A stretch of 64,000 nt of DNA from Desulfobacterales bacterium (GTDB lineage Bacteria > Desulfobacterota > Desulfobacteria > Desulfobacterales > UBA5616), in the NCBI GenBank assembly GCA_046483495.1, contig JAWODC010000044.1:166247-230246 (forward strand), in the 5' to 3' direction. Under the pieces are notes generated by a model. The model was not told the DNA's origin, ran no database searches, and saw only the letters and a list, made by a program, of their open reading frames with translations. The position numbers were made by a program, and so were the translations under genes. This document shows positions 48,546 to 57,700 of the stretch, one piece after another; within the stretch, counting starts at the first letter, position 1, and each line of letters begins with the position of its first letter.

Positions 48546-48905
48546 ATGAAAATCGCAGTCACATCCACAGGAAAAAACCTCGATTCATCGGTGGACCCCA
48601 GGTTTGGAAGAGCCGCTTATATCCTGATCGTGGATAATGACACCATGGAATTCGAAGTTCTGGACAATGCTGAAAATGTAAATGCGTTTAAAGGCGCCGG
48701 CATTCAAGCAGCCGTATCTGTAGGACAAAAAGGTGCCGGTGTTCTCATGACCGGGTACTGCGGGCCGAATGCTTTCAGGACCCTTCAGGCAGCCGGTGTA
48801 AAGGTGGTCAACGATGTCAGTGGAACCGTCCGAAGCGCGGTGGAGGGATTCAATGCCAATAAAGTTTCCTATTCCGACGAACCCAACGTCGATGGTCACT
48901 GGTAA
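48546..48905 (+). CDS. Orange-protein-like NifB/NifX-family protein
   Basis: KIAVT..LD..VDPRFGRA, GAGIQAA, TGYCGPNAF..LQAAGVKV closely resembles Desulfovibrio ORP. Confidence 0.88.
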   Translation: MKIAVTSTGKNLDSSVDPRFGRAAYILIVDNDTMEFEVLDNAENVNAFKGAGIQAAVSVGQKGAGVLMTGYCGPNAFRTLQAAGVKVVNDVSGTVRSAVEGFNANKVSYSDEPNVDGHW

Positions 48906-49327
48906 CGTGGAACCCGACCGCCCGACAATCAATTCCAATAATTTTTACCCCAACGAATAGGCGCGGCGGTTCCCCGCGCCTATTTTTTCGATTATCCGAT
49001 CCATCGGCGCACCGCTTTCGCGCACTGTAATTCCGTTCTTCAAATCTTTTCTTGAAAAAACAAATAAATAGTAAGATAAAAAGAAAAAAGCATTTCTGTA
49101 TGATTTTCACCGGATTCCGCTTCCATCAAACCCAAAAGGAGCCGCCATGCCTTTCAGCACCGGGTCCCGAATCAGGCCGAACACGCCGAAAAAAAACCAC
49201 CCGCTTTTGACACGTGGATTAATACGCCTGAAATCAGGTGTTTTGCCGGTTTTGTCTGAAGCGATACGCGAACCTGTTTACACCGGGCATACAGGTTGAT
49301 ATCCCCCCACAAACCGAGGAGGAGAAC

Positions 49328-50164
49328 ATGCCGATAACCGATCAAGCGATTAAAGACCTGAAGGAAAAGGCCAAAGCGTTGAGAAAGGACATCATCGATA
49401 TCACCGGATGGGCCGGCGGAGCTCACATCGGCGGTGCCCTGAGCGTTTTGGACATGTTGGTGATCCTATACGAAAAGTATTTGAATGTAGATCCGAAACG
49501 GCCCCATTGGGAGGATCGTGACCGGCTGGTGCTGAGCAAGGGGCATGGCGGGGTCGGATATGCGCCGGTTTTGGCACGGAAAGGTTTCTTCGATTTTGAT
49601 CTGCTCAAGGAATTTAATAAGTTTATGTCGCCTTTCGGCATGCATTTGGACAGTCTCAAAGTGTCCGGCGTCGATGTTTCCACCGGTTCCCTGGGGCATG
49701 GTCTTCCCATGGCAGTAGGTCTGGCACTTGGGGCCAGAGTTCAAAAAAAGAATTGGATGACATACTGTATCCTGGGAGACGGCGAATGCAATGAAGGAAC
49801 GAACTGGGAAGCCGCCATGGCTGCCGGCCATTACAACATTACCAATTTAATCACGCTTGTGGATCGAAACCGGTTAATGATCGACGGCGCCACCGAAGAC
49901 ATCCTCGGTCTCGAACCCTTCGCCGACAAATGGAAAGCCTTCGGCTTCCACGTAAAAGAGGTGGACGGACACAGTTACAAAGAGCTGTCTTCAGCGATCG
50001 ATGAAGCCCTGTCGGAAAAAAGCGCTCCCGTGGTTATCATCGCCCACACCGTAAAAGGCAAGGGCGTGGATTTCATGGAAAATGACGTTAAATGGCATTA
50101 TGGCGGACTGGATACGGACCTGATTGAGAAAGCCAAGCAATCCGTAGATAGAATGTATGGATAA
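49328..50164 (+). CDS. Transketolase-like protein, N-terminal (ThDP-binding) subunit
   Basis: HIGGALS, DRLVLSKGH, TGSLGHG, GDGECNEG..N, TVKGKG. GGAGGAG RBS. Confidence 0.92.
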   Translation: MPITDQAIKDLKEKAKALRKDIIDITGWAGGAHIGGALSVLDMLVILYEKYLNVDPKRPHWEDRDRLVLSKGHGGVGYAPVLARKGFFDFDLLKEFNKFMSPFGMHLDSLKVSGVDVSTGSLGHGLPMAVGLALGARVQKKNWMTYCILGDGECNEGTNWEAAMAAGHYNITNLITLVDRNRLMIDGATEDILGLEPFADKWKAFGFHVKEVDGHSYKELSSAIDEALSEKSAPVVIIAHTVKGKGVDFMENDVKWHYGGLDTDLIEKAKQSVDRMYG

Positions 50165-50181
50165 TCGGAAAGGAGGACCCT

Positions 50182-51192
50182 ATGCCCGAAGGTTTAACCT
50201 GGAATGTCTACGATGCCGACTCGATGACACAGGCCGAAATTTACGGCGAAGTGCTCTGCAGGTTGGGAGAGGAAAATCCAAAGATCGTTGCGCTGTCTGC
50301 GGATATGGCAAAATCGACGAAAATCGGCAAATTCGGAGAAGCATACCCCGACCGGTTCTTCAATGCCGGCATTGCCGAACAGAACATGTTCGGCATGGCC
50401 GCGGGTTTGGCGAAGTCCGGCCTGATTCCGTTTGTTTCCACAATGGCGGCGTTCACCGCGATGCGTGCGGTGGAACAGGTCCGAACCGATATTTGCTACC
50501 AGAACCTGGACTGCAAAATCATCGCCACCCATGCAGGAACCTCATTCGGAGCGGCGGGAACCACCCACCACTGCACCGAAGACCTCGCCATCATGCGCTC
50601 TTTTGCCAACATGACGGTAATCGCCCCTGCTGACGGCATAGAAACCGCCAACGCCGTCAGGGCGTGCGTCGATTATCCGGGCCCGGTGTATATTCGTATC
50701 GGCCGCGGATTCGAACCGCGGTATTATCCGGATGAAGATTATGGGTTCGAGATCGGCAGGGCCGTGGAAATCAACCCGGGAACCGATATCACGCTGATCT
50801 GTTGCGGCATAACCGTTCTTCAGGCTGCAGAAGCGTCAAAGGTATTGAAGGAGCAGGACGATCTGAGTGTGAGGGTCCTGAACATACACACCATAAAACC
50901 GATCGATGAAAAGGCCGTTCTTTCCGCCTTGAATGAAACCCGACGCATCATCACCTTCGAAGATCACAATGTACACGGTGGGCTCGGCAGTGCCGTGGCC
51001 GATGTTATCGCGTCGAGTGGAAAGGGCTGCGCTTTTGAAAAGATCGGCATTCCCGACTGTTACTGCGTTGTCGGATATCCGGAGGATCTATACTGCCATT
51101 ATAAACTGGATACGGACGGCATTGTTGAAAAAGTGCGCGAAGTTATGGGGCGCGAATTTGAAGAAGACGACGACTGGGAAGACGAGGTATAA
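50182..51192 (+). CDS. Transketolase-like protein, C-terminal (Pyr/C) subunit
   Basis: GIAEQNM, THAG, THH..EDLA, YIRIGR, IKPID, GGLGSAVA. Confidence 0.92.
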   Translation: MPEGLTWNVYDADSMTQAEIYGEVLCRLGEENPKIVALSADMAKSTKIGKFGEAYPDRFFNAGIAEQNMFGMAAGLAKSGLIPFVSTMAAFTAMRAVEQVRTDICYQNLDCKIIATHAGTSFGAAGTTHHCTEDLAIMRSFANMTVIAPADGIETANAVRACVDYPGPVYIRIGRGFEPRYYPDEDYGFEIGRAVEINPGTDITLICCGITVLQAAEASKVLKEQDDLSVRVLNIHTIKPIDEKAVLSALNETRRIITFEDHNVHGGLGSAVADVIASSGKGCAFEKIGIPDCYCVVGYPEDLYCHYKLDTDGIVEKVREVMGREFEEDDDWEDEV

Positions 51193-51193
51193 T

Positions 51194-51970
51194 ATGGCAA
51201 GCGCATCGGAAATTATGGCGGCACGAATTTATTTGAATGCGGTTTTCCCCGTGATGAAGGTCATGCTGGCCGATGATCCCGACATGAGGAAAAAATTCGA
51301 AGGGGTAACGGCAGATGTTCAATTTTCGGCACACGATGACACCGGCGACATCGGTGCCTATCTTCAGTTTAAAAACGGTGAACTGGATATCATGCAGGGA
51401 TTCAGCAGTGACCCCGCCATCACTTTTTCCTTTAAGAGCATCGCCAAAATGAATAACATGCTGGCGGGAAAACCGGTTCTGCCGAAAATTAAAGGAATGT
51501 TACACTTCCGCCTTTTGATGAAGGTCTTTTCCCTTTTGATGAGCTTGAAAATACTCATGCCGGATGCGCGTCCCAAAGAACCGGAAAAAAGGCGGCTCAA
51601 GGTCAAGATGACCCTCTACATGATCACAACAGCCCTTTCCCAGTATAACAAGGGGGGTGATCCTGAAATGACCAAATGGACCGCCAAGCAGCCGGAACGG
51701 ATCTACCAGATGTCGGTTCAAGGCGAAGATATCGCCGCTTATCTGCGGGTAAAAGCCGGAAAATCAAAAGCCGGGAGGGGTATTTACACCCGGCGGAGAC
51801 CTTTTGTACATATGAAATTCAATGGTGTGGACGGTGCTCTTCCGGTGATTCTGAATGAAGTGGGGATGGTGGAGGCTGTTGCCGGTGGTTTGCTTTCCAT
51901 TGAAGGATCACCTGAATACGGCGGTGATATCGGAAATTTTATGACCCGTATTCAAAACCTGATTTCATGA
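51194..51970 (+). CDS. Hypothetical protein with probable tandem SCP2-like domains
   Basis: Two approximately 110-130 aa halves with VQF/YQM..AYL.(F/V)K.G..G....P.(I/V)..F pattern; second half ends AVAGGLLSIEG. Confidence 0.6.
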   Translation: MASASEIMAARIYLNAVFPVMKVMLADDPDMRKKFEGVTADVQFSAHDDTGDIGAYLQFKNGELDIMQGFSSDPAITFSFKSIAKMNNMLAGKPVLPKIKGMLHFRLLMKVFSLLMSLKILMPDARPKEPEKRRLKVKMTLYMITTALSQYNKGGDPEMTKWTAKQPERIYQMSVQGEDIAAYLRVKAGKSKAGRGIYTRRRPFVHMKFNGVDGALPVILNEVGMVEAVAGGLLSIEGSPEYGGDIGNFMTRIQNLIS

Positions 51971-52007
51971 CCCAGGAAAACAGAATAAAATCATCGAGGA
52001 GGAAATT

Positions 52008-53243
52008 ATGTTCGACGTATTGATGACACCGGAACAAAAGGCATTGCGGGAAGAGGTGCGGAATTTGGTGAAAAGCATTCCCAAGCAGCTGCTTCTGGAT
52101 ATGGACGCGGATAGAATCAGCTTTCCCACGGAGTTTTTGACCGAAGCCGGAAAACGAAATCTCCTGGGCCTGCGGTTTCCGGTCAAATGGGGGGGGCGCG
52201 GGCTGACATGGGATGAAGAACTGATTGCTTTGAATGAAATTGCCACACTCGGCATCTGTTTTGCCTGCCAGTACAGCCTGGTTTCCATTGTAGGCGAAAC
52301 CATCAATGTTTACGGAACCGAAACCCAAAAAGAAAAATATCTGAAACCCACACTTGAAGGAAAGCTCTATTGCGCCGAAGCCCTTACCGAGCCTCGAGGC
52401 GGCAGCGACTTTTTCGGTGCCGTGTCCACGGCCCGCCGGGAAGGCGATCATTACATTCTGAATGGTCAAAAGCGATTTGTCGTAGGCGCCGAAGGAGCGG
52501 ACTATTTTGCCGTATATGCGAAGACCGACCCGGATGCGCCTCCACATCAATCCATCAGTCTGCTGATCGTGGAAAGAGGGGAAGGCGTTGTGGTTAAGCA
52601 TGTTTATGGTTTAATGGGGGCGCGGGGAAACGGCACCGGACGCCTGGTATTTCGGGACGTGGTCGTACCCGCCGAAAATGTTATCGGTGAAGCAAACCAG
52701 GCGACCAAGATCTTCTGGCGGATGATGATCCCTGAAAGGCTTCTTTCCGGCATCACGAGCAGCCGGGCCGCCCTCGAACTGGCCGTCCGTTATGCCAACC
52801 GGCGAAAAGCCTTCGGTCAGCCCATTCGTAACTATCAGGGCATCAATTTCAAAGTGGCCGACTGCATTACAAAACTTGATGCCGTCACGGCATTCGCTCA
52901 CACCGTAGGAAAAATCGTTCAACAGGAATTGGGCAGTACGGGGTATCGGCGGCGGTTGGTCTCGGAGGTCAAAAAATTTTCCACGCAAGCGCAATGGGAA
53001 GTCTTGAACGACTGTATGCAGATCCTCGGGGGTATCGGCTACACCAACGCTTTCCCGATTGAAAGGGAGCTTAGGGGGGCTCGGTTGTCTACGATATGGA
53101 CGGGAACCACCGAGATCCAAAATATGATCATTCAGCATGAGTATTTCAAAGAGGTGCTCCAACGAGGCATCGAAGGAAGGAATATCGAGGCGGATGTTCC
53201 GCTGACGGAAGAGGAGCTTGCTGAAGAACGCATTTATGAGTAA
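52008..53243 (+). CDS. Acyl-CoA dehydrogenase
   Basis: ALTEPRGGSD, LNGQKRFV, RKAFGQPI..YQ, QILGGIGY, IWTGTTEIQ. Confidence 0.93.
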   Translation: MFDVLMTPEQKALREEVRNLVKSIPKQLLLDMDADRISFPTEFLTEAGKRNLLGLRFPVKWGGRGLTWDEELIALNEIATLGICFACQYSLVSIVGETINVYGTETQKEKYLKPTLEGKLYCAEALTEPRGGSDFFGAVSTARREGDHYILNGQKRFVVGAEGADYFAVYAKTDPDAPPHQSISLLIVERGEGVVVKHVYGLMGARGNGTGRLVFRDVVVPAENVIGEANQATKIFWRMMIPERLLSGITSSRAALELAVRYANRRKAFGQPIRNYQGINFKVADCITKLDAVTAFAHTVGKIVQQELGSTGYRRRLVSEVKKFSTQAQWEVLNDCMQILGGIGYTNAFPIERELRGARLSTIWTGTTEIQNMIIQHEYFKEVLQRGIEGRNIEADVPLTEEELAEERIYE

Positions 53244-53363
53244 TCAGGCCAAACCCCTTTCGCTCGTCGCACTCGTGAGGCCCGTCTCGTGTTAACAAAT
53301 CGGGCCGGATGAATTCCGGCCCGATTCTATCATTTATTAACCATAACAGGAAATGCTGATCGA

Positions 53364-53858
53364 TCAGCAGCAACCCGGCTCGCAGCCCCCTTCCGAGCAA
53401 CCGGCACAGCCGCTCTGCTGTGTCGGCGTTTCAGATATGCCCACAACTTCGATATCGAACGTTAACGCCTGCCCTGCCAGAGGATGGTTTAAATCCAATA
53501 TGACTTTTTCTTCGTCTACAGAAATGACCTGTGCCGGCACCTGTTGACCGTCCGGCGTTTGAAGTCCTACAATCTGCCCTTTTTTAGGATCGACCTCGGG
53601 CGGGACATTGGACCTGGGGAAATCATGCAATAAACTGTCATCTCGCTGTCCGTAGGCGTCTTCAGGTTCGATGGTAATTTTTTTCTTTTCGTTAATCGTC
53701 ATTCCCATGAGCGCCTCCTCGAACCCCTTGATCACCTGCCCCGCTCCCATTTTCACTTCCAACGGTGGGCGGCCGGAGCTGCTGTCAAAAACTTCCCCGT
53801 TTTCAAGGGTGCCCGTATACTCGACGCTGACATAGGCTTCATTTGCAACTTTTTCCAT
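53364..53858 (-). CDS. slyD: FKBP-type peptidyl-prolyl isomerase with Cys-rich tail
   Basis: VSVEYTG, FDSS, PEDAYG, DLNHPLAG..LTF, tail GCAGCSEGGCEPGCC. Confidence 0.85.
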   Translation of the reverse strand: MEKVANEAYVSVEYTGTLENGEVFDSSSGRPPLEVKMGAGQVIKGFEEALMGMTINEKKKITIEPEDAYGQRDDSLLHDFPRSNVPPEVDPKKGQIVGLQTPDGQQVPAQVISVDEEKVILDLNHPLAGQALTFDIEVVGISETPTQQSGCAGCSEGGCEPGCC

Positions 53859-54094
53859 ATTTTTCTCCTTGGATTGGTTTTACCACCTAATCTAGCCATC
53901 ATAAACCGAATAGTCAAGGTAAAATAGTTTTCCTAAATTGGAGGCGTTTTCAGGGTCGATCACGACATGATCCGGGGACGCAGGATGGGCGTAAAAACAG
54001 CCCATCCTAAGAGTGGCAGGATTTTTTCAAAAAACGGCTTTTGGTTCAGAGCGCTGCTGCTCCTCGCCAAAAGCCGCTTTGTTGTAAAAACCGG

Positions 54095-55003
54095 TTATTT
54101 CTTTTCTTCAGCCGCGAGCGCGGCGAACATGATCTCATTGACGTCATTGTAATACCTGGGACTATCCAGGCTCATGATATCCGACCATTTTTCCGCAACC
54201 TGTTCCACGGTGGGCATTTCAGGGAAGAGATGGCCGGGGCCGGACAGCACCTGGGATCGGCTGAAATATCCGGCGAATGCATTGAGATAGATACCGGATT
54301 CCTGGCACTGCTCCGATACCAGGTACATGACACCGGGGGTGATGTACTTGACATCGAGTTTTTGGAACATCTCAGGCGGCATGACATCTTCGGTTAAACG
54401 GGTTCCCGCGCTGGGCATCAGCAGGTTGGTTTTGATGTTGTATTTGGCGCCTTCCAGCTTGAGCACGTTCACCATTCCGGCCATACCCGCTTTGGCCGCC
54501 GCATAGTTGGTCTGTCCGAAATTTCCGAACATCCCGGAGCCCGATGACGTCAGCACGATCCGGCCGTACTTATTTTCTCTCATATTGATAAATGCCGGTC
54601 GGGTCACATTGAAGGTTCCCTTCAAGTGGACAGCAATTACCGCATCCCATTCCTGCTCGGACATTTTCGCAAAGGACTTGTCTCTAAGTATACCGGCATT
54701 GTTGATCAGGATGTCCACCTTGCCGTAATTATCGACCGCCGTCTTGACGATATTCTCACCACCTTCTGCGGATGCAACATTATCATAATTGGCAACCGCC
54801 TCACCGCCGGCGGCCTTGATTTCCTCGACTACACTGTCTGCCGCCGATGTAGAACCTGCTCCCGAGCCGTCGCGGGCACCGCCTAAATCGTTGACCACGA
54901 CTTTGGCGCCCCTCTGGGCCAAATTAACGGCATAATCCTTGCCCAGTCCCGCCCCTGCACCGGTTACGATGGCGACTCTTCCTGTAAAATCAATTTTTGC
55001 CAT
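54095..55003 (-). CDS. MFE-2/HSD17B4-like SDR (3-hydroxyacyl-CoA dehydrogenase)
   Basis: TGAGAGLG, VVVNDLGG, NNAGILRDKSF, GNFGQTNYAAAK. Confidence 0.9.
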   Translation of the reverse strand: MAKIDFTGRVAIVTGAGAGLGKDYAVNLAQRGAKVVVNDLGGARDGSGAGSTSAADSVVEEIKAAGGEAVANYDNVASAEGGENIVKTAVDNYGKVDILINNAGILRDKSFAKMSEQEWDAVIAVHLKGTFNVTRPAFINMRENKYGRIVLTSSGSGMFGNFGQTNYAAAKAGMAGMVNVLKLEGAKYNIKTNLLMPSAGTRLTEDVMPPEMFQKLDVKYITPGVMYLVSEQCQESGIYLNAFAGYFSRSQVLSGPGHLFPEMPTVEQVAEKWSDIMSLDSPRYYNDVNEIMFAALAAEEKK

Positions 55004-55171
55004 GATGACCTCCTCCTCTGGTGATTTAATGATGTAATGTGTAATGAATGGTTATTGGATGCAGTGTAACGCTGAAATACTGTCAAAAAGCATGGGTGAT
55101 GTCAAGCAAAAGCAGGCATCCGGCTTTTTTATCATGCGCCGCCGCACCCTCTCTGCCGCTGAACTTTTCCA

Positions 55172-55200
55172 TTGACAAAGAACCGTTTTTAGTTTATAAA
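55172..55200 (+). promoter_or_regulatory. Sigma70-like promoter
   Basis: TTGACA-N17-TATAAA upstream of the riboswitch. Confidence 0.6.
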
Positions 55201-55269
55201 ATGTAAAATTCTGTATAGTATTGATGAATCGATCCTGGAATGAATTTCTTGGAATGGGTTTTTGAACTG

Positions 55270-55372
55270 GTGATAAAGGCAAAATCGCTGAAAGGCGATG
55301 ACGCAAAACCACGGGTCTAAAGCGGTGTTTAAGGGTTTTGCCCGAATACTGTCAAGATAGCCGGGTTGCCGT
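55270..55372 (+). ncRNA. c-di-GMP-I (GEMM) riboswitch
   Basis: AAGGCAAA-ATCGC-TGAAAG-GCGAT-GACGCAAAACCACGGGTCTAA...GATAGCCGGGTTGCCG. Confidence 0.9.
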
Positions 55373-55380
55373 TTTTTTCT

Positions 55381-55412
55381 GCCTTCGGGTCGGCACCCGA
55401 AGGCTTTTTTTT
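55381..55412 (+). terminator. Intrinsic terminator (riboswitch expression platform)
   Basis: gccttcgggt-cggc-acccgaaggc followed by T8. Confidence 0.85.
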
Positions 55413-55476
55413 CGATGCATGATGCCGCCCGGCCTTGGATGGATACCGAACCCTTTATACGTAAAGGAGGTGGATC

Positions 55477-56019
55477 ATGATCGAGACAAAATACTTAAAG
55501 GACAACTTGAAAAATGTGGATCAACTTGCCGCCATCCCGGTATTTAAGGATATGGAGACAAAAAAGCTGGCTTCCCTGCTTAAAGTCAGCAAAATACGGC
55601 AATATGAAGCGGGAGAGGCCATTATCAAAAAAGGGGAAGATGACCCTTGGATTTATTTTTTGCTCCAGGGGGGTGTCGTTGTAAGAAACAAGGGCTATGT
55701 GATTGCACGAATAGACACACCGGGCCATATCTTCGGAGAAATGAGACTGACGGACGGCGGAGATCGTTCGGCGTCGGTATTTGCCGAAAAAAAAACCATT
55801 TGTCTCGCCGTGAATCTCGACGCCGAAGACCGCCTTGGCTCGGAAAGTGAAAAAGTTCTCCTCCAGGAGATGCTGTTTACGATCATCACGAAGAACTTGT
55901 CGCTTCGTCTGCGTTCCGTCAACGAAAAATTTATTGAAATAAAAGACAACCTTGAATTTTCTGCAGGGTTCGAAGACGACGACGATTCATCCGATGATAT
56001 GTTCTGGGTCGCAGGCTGA
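55477..56019 (+). CDS. Stand-alone cyclic-nucleotide-binding (CRP-like) domain protein
   Basis: YEAGEAIIKKG, YFLLQGGV, FGEM....G.RSASV. No HTH; acidic tail. Confidence 0.88.
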   Translation: MIETKYLKDNLKNVDQLAAIPVFKDMETKKLASLLKVSKIRQYEAGEAIIKKGEDDPWIYFLLQGGVVVRNKGYVIARIDTPGHIFGEMRLTDGGDRSASVFAEKKTICLAVNLDAEDRLGSESEKVLLQEMLFTIITKNLSLRLRSVNEKFIEIKDNLEFSAGFEDDDDSSDDMFWVAG

Positions 56020-56163
56020 TCCGCGCCGATCCCGGTCCGATCGCATCTTTGCTTCGGTTTCCCGATAACGAATTACGGGGTCGTTTCGATACTGCACGAT
56101 CGTTATGCATCCAGTGCGCATCATTCATGCATTCGGCGACCCCACCAGACGGATGGAAACGGA

Positions 56164-56832
56164 TCATTTTTTTTGCTTTTCCATGATCTCAATTTTCCGT
56201 TGAACTTCAGCTAACCTCCGGTTTAGGGAATCAGCCTCGCTCTTCAGGCTTTCTACATCATCGACCGCACCGATACTCGTATTCTGAGGCAAACGTTTCC
56301 CCTGGATGCCGTCACCGGAAAAACCGAATCGGCGCATACCGCCTCCGCCCATACCCCGGCATCCCCCCATGCCTCTTCCGCGACCGCCGCCTAGGCCCAT
56401 GCCTCTCCCTATTCCACCACCGCCGGGGGTGTTCCCCCCATCGTAACCGCCGGATGAACGTCCGCCCGTTTTTCCGGTATCGGCAACACCCTGCTTCACA
56501 CCTTTATTTTCGGTCAATTCGCCGCGTTTGTATTGTTCCACCGCGCTTCGGACGGTTCCCGAGCAGTCGGTAATGACGGAAATACCCGCTGCGGATAATG
56601 CCTGCATTGAATTGGGCCCGCATTTCCCGGTCAACACGATGCGCGCACCTTTTTCGGACACCAGCATGGCCGATTGAATCCCGGCACCATTCGACAGCAT
56701 TTTGTTTGTGTTTTCAACGACCTCGAAATTCATGTCCTCCGGGTCGACAAGTAAAAAATAAGAACATCGGCCGAAGCGGGCATCCATGGATGCGTCCAAA
56801 GAGGTCCCCTCCGCGCTGACTGCGATTTTCAT
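56164..56832 (-). CDS. NifB/NifX (ORP-like) protein with Gly/Arg-rich linker and coiled-coil tail
   Basis: KIAVS..DARFGRC, GAGIQSA, TGKCGPN, GRGMG repeats. Confidence 0.88.
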   Translation of the reverse strand: MKIAVSAEGTSLDASMDARFGRCSYFLLVDPEDMNFEVVENTNKMLSNGAGIQSAMLVSEKGARIVLTGKCGPNSMQALSAAGISVITDCSGTVRSAVEQYKRGELTENKGVKQGVADTGKTGGRSSGGYDGGNTPGGGGIGRGMGLGGGRGRGMGGCRGMGGGGMRRFGFSGDGIQGKRLPQNTSIGAVDDVESLKSEADSLNRRLAEVQRKIEIMEKQKK

Positions 56833-56863
56833 AAGTTCACTTCCTTTCTTATCAAAAATTGAA

Positions 56864-57700
56864 TTACAACGTAAACGTCATGCCCACCTCGCCCGGAACA
56901 ACCCGGCTTCCCAGACGGCTCACGAGGCGGGCAACAGCCGTCTTGCCGGTGCAGTGGCAGGGAATCACGATGTCCGGCTGCAGATCGCATAATTTTTCGA
57001 TGGTGCGGTCCAGCCTTCGGCGGTCTGCATTGATCAGGTGAAACCCGCCGATAACCGCCCGGATTTTCATGCCGCCGTTCATATGTCGAATATGATGCAG
57101 GGTATTAACGATCCCCGCATGTGAACACCCCAGACACACGACAAGCCCGGCATCGGTTTGAATCCAAAGCGCCATGTCATCATCGATCAAGTCCGGCTGC
57201 CGCCCACCCGGATCCTCGTAAAACGGCCCTCCAGTGTCTTCATAGATGGTCTTGCGCGGAATGGGGCCGGTAATTCCGATTTCTTTTGAAAGCCACACGG
57301 GGTGCTGAACCCAGTGCATCTGTTCGACCGGAAGCCGGTCCAGAACCGCCTTTGAGGCCGACGGCATTTGAATCGGTCTCGGTATGCCGTCCCGAATATT
57401 GTAGCGCGGGTTGACAACCCCCGGATGGCCGTAAACATGCACGGAAGGTGCCTGTTGAACGGCTTCCGGTATGCCGCCGGTATGATCGAAATGCCCATGA
57501 CTAAGCACAAGCACCTGAATGAGGTTCAACTCGAGCCCTAAAATTTTAGCATTTCTTTCAAATGTATCCCCTTGGCCGGTATCGAAAAGGATATGCCGGC
57601 CGTTCACCCGAATCCACATCGATAAGCCATGCTCTGAGAAAAGTCCGGCCGCCGCCTGGTTATCCGCCAAAATCGTAATGCCGTTTTTATCGCCCCTCAT
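56864..57700 (-). CDS. MBL-fold metallo-hydrolase (COG1237-like)
   Basis: EHGLS, LFDTG, SHGHFDHTGG, GCSHAG, GGFHL, PCHCTG. Confidence 0.9.
   Translation of the reverse strand: MRGDKNGITILADNQAAAGLFSEHGLSMWIRVNGRHILFDTGQGDTFERNAKILGLELNLIQVLVLSHGHFDHTGGIPEAVQQAPSVHVYGHPGVVNPRYNIRDGIPRPIQMPSASKAVLDRLPVEQMHWVQHPVWLSKEIGITGPIPRKTIYEDTGGPFYEDPGGRQPDLIDDDMALWIQTDAGLVVCLGCSHAGIVNTLHHIRHMNGGMKIRAVIGGFHLINADRRRLDRTIEKLCDLQPDIVIPCHCTGKTAVARLVSRLGSRVVPGEVGMTFTL

Noticed and set aside
45186..48905. Nitrogen fixation genes
   Set aside because: NifB/NifX-like domains occur here in an ORP-type context; no nifHDK.
49147..49299. 50-codon ORF with AAGGAG RBS upstream of the transketolase
   Set aside because: No recognisable motif; coding status cannot be supported without conservation data.
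53364..53366. Selenocysteine read-through at the slyD TGA after Cys-Cys
   Set aside because: No recognisable SECIS, and another stop follows within about 9 codons.
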